DNA from: a virus
Lineage: Duplodnaviria > Caudoviricetes
Reading direction: 5' to 3' (one strand)
Virus record (IMG/VR): IMGVR_UViG_3300021425_000035
Coordinates: 1 to 62,437 of that record
DNA length: 62,437 nt
In this document: piece after piece, positions 59,412 to 62,437 of the stretch
Numbering within the stretch: position 1 is the stretch's first letter
Layout of the letters: the number at the start of each line of letters is the position of its first letter
Position numbers and translations under genes: made by a program
The notes under the pieces: generated by a model
Seen by the model: the letters and a program-made list of their open reading frames with translations, nothing else
What the model was told of the DNA's origin: nothing
Databases searched by the model: none

Positions 59412-59508
59412 CGTTACGGAGTAGTAACTAATTGTTTAGAAATAACGTTATTATACAGTTCAATTAGATCATAAGAAAACCAACTAGGACAGTTAGGATA
59501 GTGTCACA

Positions 59509-60135
59509 TTATTTCCAACGTGGACCAAGAACCCAACCTACGAGAGATTTTCTTGTACCTGATTTAACTTTAGTTACTCTATGAGGTAGAGTAGAATCAA
59601 AGATGATCAAGCTACCAAGATGTTGTTCAACAGACCAGGAGGAGTTATGGTTATGGAATTGTAGTTCTCCTCCTGTGAAATCATCTGATAGGAGAAGAGA
59701 GAAAGATAATTTACGAACTAGGTTAGATGATTGGATTTCTTCTCTTGTTGGTATATGATGATTAGAACTATAAGCACGATCAATAGTAACTACGAAGGGG
59801 GATTGCAGTTCAGAATCTACATGCCAACCATAGAAATCATTTTGATTATAGATGGTATATTGGAGATTATCTTCATCAAAGTCAACAAGATCATACATGA
59901 AGTTATGTCTATTAATTTTTTGAATGTATGTCATAATGAAGGAAGAGATCCATGAATCACATTTAATCCATTTATGAGTAGATGATCTAATGTCAGCATC
60001 TTTAGTTAAGACACCAGATTGATCATTAATTTGTGATAGGATGATGGATGATACGTAGGATTCACAGGTGGAGATAATTTCTTCTGTGATTAACTTAGGA
60101 AGTTCTGTGTGGTAATAGTAGGAGGAATAAGCCAT
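59509..60135 (-). CDS. 2OG-Fe(II) oxygenase (prolyl-4-hydroxylase-like)
   Basis: 'QYTIY...FYGWHVD', 'RKLSFSLLL', 'GGELQF', 'HRVTKVKSGTRKSLVGW' (HxD...H...R). Confidence 0.88.
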   Translation of the reverse strand: MAYSSYYYHTELPKLITEEIISTCESYVSSIILSQINDQSGVLTKDADIRSSTHKWIKCDSWISSFIMTYIQKINRHNFMYDLVDFDEDNLQYTIYNQNDFYGWHVDSELQSPFVVTIDRAYSSNHHIPTREEIQSSNLVRKLSFSLLLSDDFTGGELQFHNHNSSWSVEQHLGSLIIFDSTLPHRVTKVKSGTRKSLVGWVLGPRWK

Positions 60136-60347
60136 TAGAGTAATTCGTTTAGTTCATATTCGTTATAGTATAGGAAGATTTCATCTTCATCACCTTTCAT
60201 CCATTCAAGGAATTCATCACCAATAGCGATAGCATCTTCCATTCTATCTTCTTGTACTAGATGATAGAATCTATCTTGCATGTAGGATAGTATATTATCT
60301 GACTGATCAGATACAGATTCTTGTTCTTTTAATTCTTTATCAGACAT
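60135..60347 (-). CDS. Acidic hypothetical protein (70 aa from ATG 60347)
   Basis: MSDKELKEQESVSDQ...DAIAIGDEFLEWM; GGAGG SD upstream. Confidence 0.65.
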   Translation of the reverse strand: MSDKELKEQESVSDQSDNILSYMQDRFYHLVQEDRMEDAIAIGDEFLEWMKGDEDEIFLYYNEYELNELL

Positions 60348-60579
60348 GAGGACAAACCTCCAGTGTATTAGTGAGATGGTTATAGGAAACGAAATCATAA
60401 TCTGGAGGAAGGGAATCAATGATAGCTTGAGTAAACTCTTGTGGGAAGTGACCATGATATTTCCAGAAGAGTTGTTGTTCTCTATCTGAAAGATTTTCTT
60501 TTGGTTTTACTTTAAGATCCTCTGTAATAGTGAGAAGATCTTTAGCGTGAGTTACTACAACAGAGGATAATTTAGTCAT
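60340..60579 (-). CDS. Hypothetical protein (79 aa)
   Basis: ORF track; overlaps both neighbours. Confidence 0.65.
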   Translation of the reverse strand: MTKLSSVVVTHAKDLLTITEDLKVKPKENLSDREQQLFWKYHGHFPQEFTQAIIDSLPPDYDFVSYNHLTNTLEVCPHV

Positions 60580-60818
60580 TTTACGAAGATGTTTTGTTGA
60601 GTGTGAGTATGGAGGAAATCAACAGTATTTTTGAATAGTTGATATTGATCTGGTGTAAGATCAAGCCAGTCAATAGGATCAGCAGAATCCCAATCAACGT
60701 ATTCAATATCATCTTTTTGAATAATGTCACAGACGATGGGAGTGCCATTAAAATCAATAGCGATAGCTTTGTTATCAATGACAACGTACATCAAATCAGT
60801 GTTCATGTTATCCTCCAA
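60576..60818 (-). CDS. Acidic hypothetical protein (76-80 aa)
   Basis: ORF track; GGAGG SD favours the ATG at 60806. Confidence 0.65.
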   Translation of the reverse strand: MEDNMNTDLMYVVIDNKAIAIDFNGTPIVCDIIQKDDIEYVDWDSADPIDWLDLTPDQYQLFKNTVDFLHTHTQQNIFVK

Positions 60819-60833
60819 TGGGTTGTTGTAGTA

Positions 60834-60862
60834 AGTTTAGCAGATTATTGAGGGAGTGTCAA
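60834..60862 (-). promoter_or_regulatory. Sigma70 promoter TTGACA-N17-TAAACT
   Basis: Near-consensus, overlapping the 3' end of the upstream mini-gene. Confidence 0.7.
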
Positions 60863-61018
60863 GAGTGCTTTCAGGATAGTATTCATCTCTTGTGCTTGGG
60901 CATGGAGATAACCATAAGAGAAAGCGTAACCATGTTCAGGATCAGTGGTCATTTCTTTTGTATAATGAAGAGCACTATCCATATTTTCAACAAGGGTTTG
61001 GAGATGTGCTTTATTCAT
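60845..61018 (-). CDS. Hypothetical protein (57 aa, not in ORF track)
   Basis: MNKAHLQTLVENMDSALHYTKEMTTDPEHGYAFSYGYLHAQAQEMNTILKALLTLPQ*; ATGA overlap. Confidence 0.65.
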   Translation of the reverse strand: MNKAHLQTLVENMDSALHYTKEMTTDPEHGYAFSYGYLHAQAQEMNTILKALLTLPQ

Positions 61019-61218
61019 GAGATGGGTTCTGCTGTGAGCCAGGAGTTGTTATATACCTCTATAAAATAAGGCAAATCCAAGTCATCGAAGAGGTCATCTG
61101 GGACAGTTTCCAAACTGGGTTCCAGATAAATGTCTTCTGCTTGTGAGAGGATAGATTTCCTCAAGTTTTCATCATTGTAATAGTATTCAGTTGAGTCAAA
61201 ATCAGAAAAGTAAGTCAT
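61015..61218 (-). CDS. Acidic hypothetical protein (67 aa)
   Basis: ORF track; ATGA overlaps. Confidence 0.65.
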   Translation of the reverse strand: MTYFSDFDSTEYYYNDENLRKSILSQAEDIYLEPSLETVPDDLFDDLDLPYFIEVYNNSWLTAEPIS

Positions 61219-61406
61219 GATTCGTGGGAATGATTACCGTATACGAGGTCAAGTTTATCAAGTTGATTGGGGTAGACAAGGATACATACATCACGTTGCG
61301 GATCATCAGGAAATTTATTGACACACACGGTCATGTATTGTTCGCAGGTGAAACGTACTACACCATACATGCCATTATAATATACCTCTGTTCCTTCTGG
61401 CAGCAT
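61215..61406 (-). CDS. Small SH3-like beta protein (63 aa from MLPEGTEV)
   Basis: 'GTEVYYNGMYGVVRFTCEQYMTVCV...DVCILVYP' recurrent cyanophage family. Confidence 0.6.
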   Translation of the reverse strand: MLPEGTEVYYNGMYGVVRFTCEQYMTVCVNKFPDDPQRDVCILVYPNQLDKLDLVYGNHSHES

Positions 61407-61638
61407 ATGCGTATTCTGTGACTGGATCTTCGTGGACATGAATACTCAATACTTCAGGGTACATACTATTAGCAATATATTGTGCCATGTAATAACTGTT
61501 GGCTACCATATACATATCAATCGTGATTGTAGATGGTGCATCATCAGGTGCATCTTGGTATTCTACTTCTATTTCTACAAGATACACCCTACCATGTTTT
61601 AAATGATTATCAAAATCAATAACTAAATCAGACATCAT
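61375..61638 (-). CDS. Hypothetical protein (87 aa)
   Basis: ORF track. Confidence 0.6.
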   Translation of the reverse strand: MMSDLVIDFDNHLKHGRVYLVEIEVEYQDAPDDAPSTITIDMYMVANSYYMAQYIANSMYPEVLSIHVHEDPVTEYAYAARRNRGIL

Positions 61639-61780
61639 AAAATCTATCGTGGTGTAGGTCTAACTCTTCAGTGAGAGTATCAATTTGTTGTTCGAGGTTA
61701 ATATTTTGTTGTTGCAAATGCTTGATAGTTTCTTTAAGTTCATCAATGAGAGCATTTGCTTGATCGATGTTTGCTGCCAT
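61628..61780 (-). CDS. Coiled-coil micro-protein (50 aa, not in ORF track)
   Basis: MAANIDQANALIDELKETIKHLQQQNINLEQQIDTLTEELDLHHDRFYDV*; CTAAATA late-like motif upstream. Confidence 0.6.
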   Translation of the reverse strand: MAANIDQANALIDELKETIKHLQQQNINLEQQIDTLTEELDLHHDRFYDV

Positions 61781-61811
61781 GTGAGAATAATAGGGACAAC
61801 TAGTATTTAGA

Positions 61812-61925
61812 TTACAAGAATTCTTCCATATAATAATCTACCGTGACTTCAAGTTCTGCGGCATGTTCTTCAATTGCCATCATGAATAGATCATCAATGG
61901 TAGGTTCTTGTGGTTCAGTGTGCAT
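61812..61925 (-). CDS. Acidic micro-protein (37 aa, not in ORF track)
   Basis: MHTEPQEPTIDDLFMMAIEEHAAELEVTVDYYMEEFL*; 'AA.LEVTVDYY..EF' recurrent cyanophage motif. Confidence 0.65.
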   Translation of the reverse strand: MHTEPQEPTIDDLFMMAIEEHAAELEVTVDYYMEEFL

Positions 61926-62079
61926 CTTGAAGTTCCAAAGTTTCCCAAGCATCAAATAGTTTAGCATACAGTTGCCTCGAATCACATTGACATTGTTGTT
62001 GAAAGAATGCCTCTTGTTTTGTACTCATGTTCTGCATAGCAGACATGATAAAATTAATTTCTTCTGGTGTGAAATTCAT
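61915..62079 (-). CDS. Hypothetical protein (54 aa, not in ORF track)
   Basis: MNFTPEEINFIMSAMQNMSTKQEAFFQQQCQCDSRQLYAKLFDAWETLELQDAH*. Confidence 0.6.
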   Translation of the reverse strand: MNFTPEEINFIMSAMQNMSTKQEAFFQQQCQCDSRQLYAKLFDAWETLELQDAH

Positions 62080-62219
62080 TTGAATACAGCAGTAACACCT
62101 ACAACTTTAGCATTAGGATTACGAGCAAGAGCAGTTTGTTTTGCATCTTGATAATCTCGTGCCTCTACGATCTCATCAAATACTTTGCCTGCGACGTAGA
62201 GTTGTACTTTACACCTCAT
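62076..62219 (-). CDS. Conserved cyanophage micro-protein (47 aa, not in ORF track)
   Basis: MRCKVQLYVAGKVFDEIVEARDYQDAKQTALARNPNAKVVGVTAVFK*. Confidence 0.75.
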   Translation of the reverse strand: MRCKVQLYVAGKVFDEIVEARDYQDAKQTALARNPNAKVVGVTAVFK

Positions 62220-62409
62220 AACCTTCCCTCATCAGTTGGAAACGACGTGCTTCATATGCACATTCCTCATTAGGATAGATGCCGATGCGGAAACTGGTCC
62301 GTCGATCAATCAATTCTACCCGATTTGAGTTTACAATGTTCCGCACGATGTACGGCATTGCGGAACCTTGCGGAAATGGTTTCTTCTTTACGAAGATTGG
62401 CTGGGTCAT
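62209..62409 (-). CDS. Hypothetical protein (66 aa)
   Basis: ORF track; GGAGG SD upstream. Confidence 0.65.
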   Translation of the reverse strand: MTQPIFVKKKPFPQGSAMPYIVRNIVNSNRVELIDRRTSFRIGIYPNEECAYEARRFQLMREGYEV

Positions 62410-62437
62410 AAGGGGTTCCTCCCTTGACTACCCCCAT

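Larger units (their letters stand above)
54663..59508. promoter_or_regulatory. Dispersed 24-bp palindromic box, consensus TGTGNCAST-N6-ASTGNCACA
   Basis: Copies at 54663, 56830, 57107 (perfect TGTGCCACT-AAAAGA-AGTGGCACA), 58406, 59135, 59191, 59485. Confidence 0.7.

Noticed and set aside
53372-62437. tRNA genes or an integrase
   Set aside because: No cloverleaf with a T-loop context and no recombinase motifs recognised by eye

Overview
A 62.4-kb segment of a T4-like cyanomyovirus genome (Kyanoviridae-type, probably infecting a picocyanobacterium). Essentially all real genes are on the minus strand. Positions 1-53.4 kb are the AT-rich late virion module: PAAR-like spike tip, gp25, gp6, gp7, gp8, a VrlC-like 2684-aa protein, giant 2297-aa and 4040-aa virion proteins and several tail-fibre-like proteins, with T4 late promoters (TATAAATA). 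Positions 53.4-62.4 kb are an early/accessory region of tiny ORFs (many missing from the ORF track), sigma70-type promoters, a GP88-family protein, two KTSC-like proteins and a 2OG-Fe(II) oxygenase. The most striking feature is an island of about 60% GC (about 54.2-56.85 kb) built as a tandem array of single-gene cassettes. Each cassette is bounded by a conserved ~75-bp element: TGA-N5-CCWGGGGGG hairpin enclosing the -35, a TAGAAT -10, and an identical 22-bp core. The island is strongly enriched in GATC and CCWGG, I found no GGCC, CCGG or CGCG in it, and it is flanked by very AT-rich palindromic blocks. Also present are a dispersed 24-bp palindromic operator upstream of early promoters and an origin-like locus (divergent promoter, AT-rich tract, cyanobacterial-type DnaA boxes). 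All counts and translations were done by eye.
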